Source of the DNA: Candidatus Zixiibacteriota bacterium
GTDB taxonomy: Bacteria > Zixibacteria > MSB-5A5 > GN15 > FEB-12
DNA length: 15,694 nucleotides
Assembly: GCA_041742355.1 (NCBI GenBank)
Contig: JBGSIV010000152.1
Location: 1-15,694, forward strand
Direction of reading: 5' to 3'
Below the pieces are notes generated by a model. That model made no database searches, was not told the DNA's origin, and saw nothing but the letters and a program-made list of their open reading frames with translations. The position numbers and the translations under genes are program-made. Below are positions 14,162-15,694 of the stretch, piece by piece; position 1 is the first letter of the stretch; each line of letters opens with the position of its first letter.

Positions 14162-15694
14162 ATGCGTGCCCATGTTCTGCTCACTTCGGTGTTTCTCTTG
14201 TCCATCCCGATTGTAGCCTCCGCCTTGACCTTTGCCCCTGCCGTCAATTACACTGCTGGTGCAAATCCCCATGGCATAGCTTCAGCCGACTTCGATGGGG
14301 ACGGTGATCGGGATATCGCAGTCGCTAACTGGGGCAGTAACGATGTCTCTATGTTCCTCAATGATGGCACCGGACAACTTACGCTTGCAGCGACTACATC
14401 AACCGGCTCGTCAGAACCTATCTGGATGGAAGCCGGTGACCTGACTGGCGACGGATACCCTGACCTCGCGATATCCCATGGGGGCGGTGGGGCGGTAACG
14501 GTGCTGGCTAACAACGGCACCGGCTCATTCGCTCCGGCCTATACCGTTTCCACTGGATCCCACGCCCACTGTGTTCACATCGCCGACCTCGACGGAGATG
14601 GCGACAGGGATCTTACCGTCACCTACAGGGACTCTTCCCCAAACTTCATTGTCTTACTCAATGACGGATCCGGCACATTCCCGACTGAATCGTCGTATGC
14701 GGTACCCTATGGGGCCTGGCAGATTATCGCGGCCGATCTGGACATGGATACTGACTTCGACATCGCGATCACTTCCGGTTTCTACTCAAACACGTTGACT
14801 GTTCTCACCAACGACGGCAACGCTAACTTCAGCAGCCAAATCGACTATGCCGTTCCCGGTGGACCCAACTGCATGGCCGCCGGTGATCTCAACAAGGACG
14901 GATGGATCGACTTGGTTCTCGGCTTAGCGGACGTCAACGGTCTCCAACTGCTACGCAATGACGGTACCGGAGGGTTGGTCGACGCTGGACGAATGCCGGC
15001 CACCTATCCGGCAGCCCTTGTGATTGAGGACTTTGACTTCGACGAGTGGCCCGACCTGGCGGTAGCTGAGTGGGAAGCAAACAGAGTGTTGGTTTACGCT
15101 AATCTTCTTGGCACGATGACAGCGGGGGACGAATACGAGGTCGGAACCGCGCCGAGAGCTATCGTCGCTTCCGATCTTGACGGCGATGCCGTCCCTGATC
15201 TCATCATTGGCAACCACCACAGCAATAACCTCTCGGTGTTGATGAACGAATCGGTCGCGAAGCTGACATTTTCATCAACCCAGGTGCGTCCCTGTGACTA
15301 CGAGAATGTCCGCCAGCCCATCTTACTCACTCTTCCTCTGCCCATCAACGGCGGCATGATCCCGTTCAAATTGCCGCCCGATGTTACCGTTACCGGTATC
15401 AGCACGACCGGCCTCGTCACCGACGGCTGGACCATCCAGATCGACAGCGGGAGCTGTCCCGGCGCCTGGGCTGTCGGCTTCTACAACTTGACGGGAGGCC
15501 CCCTTCCGGCCGGTACTCATGCGATCTTCAACATCGAATACACGGCCGCCCGCCTCTGCAATGAGAGCCGCTTCATCGTCTGGGACACCGCCTGCATGGG
15601 CGACGGCCTGCACGAACTCATTCTCGCTGACGCATTCGATCAGGATTTGGCGTGCTCCTTTACCCCAGGACAGGACTCGACTGAGATTGCTGGC
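14162..15694 (+). CDS. Secreted FG-GAP/VCBS-repeat beta-propeller protein with a following cohesin-like beta-sandwich (3' end outside the window)
   Basis: Not in the ORF track (no stop in window). AAAGGAG RBS, ATG 14162, signal peptide MRAHVLLTSVFLLSIPIVASA. Seven Ca-loop repeats (DFDGDGDRD, DLTGDGYPD, DLDGDGDRD, DLDMDTDFD, DLNKDGWID, DFDFDEWPD, DLDGDAVPD), then QPILLTLPLPINGGMIPFKLP...PLPAGTHAIFNIEY; 511 open codons. Confidence 0.92.
   Translation, partial: MRAHVLLTSVFLLSIPIVASALTFAPAVNYTAGANPHGIASADFDGDGDRDIAVANWGSNDVSMFLNDGTGQLTLAATTSTGSSEPIWMEAGDLTGDGYPDLAISHGGGGAVTVLANNGTGSFAPAYTVSTGSHAHCVHIADLDGDGDRDLTVTYRDSSPNFIVLLNDGSGTFPTESSYAVPYGAWQIIAADLDMDTDFDIAITSGFYSNTLTVLTNDGNANFSSQIDYAVPGGPNCMAAGDLNKDGWIDLVLGLADVNGLQLLRNDGTGGLVDAGRMPATYPAALVIEDFDFDEWPDLAVAEWEANRVLVYANLLGTMTAGDEYEVGTAPRAIVASDLDGDAVPDLIIGNHHSNNLSVLMNESVAKLTFSSTQVRPCDYENVRQPILLTLPLPINGGMIPFKLPPDVTVTGISTTGLVTDGWTIQIDSGSCPGAWAVGFYNLTGGPLPAGTHAIFNIEYTAARLCNESRFIVWDTACMGDGLHELILADAFDQDLACSFTPGQDSTEIAG

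Overview
GC-rich bacterial window with three blocks; the gene content suggests an FCB-group/Zixibacteria-like organism (inference only). (1) 1-6924: a type II secretion/type IV pilus-like cluster. On the - strand it reads gspE, gspD, GspL-, GspM-, GspC/PilP- and GspK-like genes, transcribed divergently from gspF across an ~80 bp gap that holds overlapping back-to-back sigma70 promoters. (2) 6960-9270: a decaying polymorphic-toxin patch with an orphan Rhs core + WHH toxin, a DUF2019-like immunity gene, a second degenerate Rhs core and a dead IS3-family element. (3) 9622-15694: the most interesting block, a closely spaced three-gene operon. It encodes a long, divergent sigma70/ECF-like protein, a soluble zinc-binding (HxxxCxxC) anti-sigma-like protein carrying an internal ssrA-like 'YRLAA', and an ATPase-less Lon-type (Ser-Lys) protease fused via one TM helix to a low-GC extracytoplasmic domain. 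A secreted 7x FG-GAP protein follows. This looks like a transmembrane receptor-protease / anti-sigma / sigma signalling system. All family calls come from motif recognition by eye, not from database searches.
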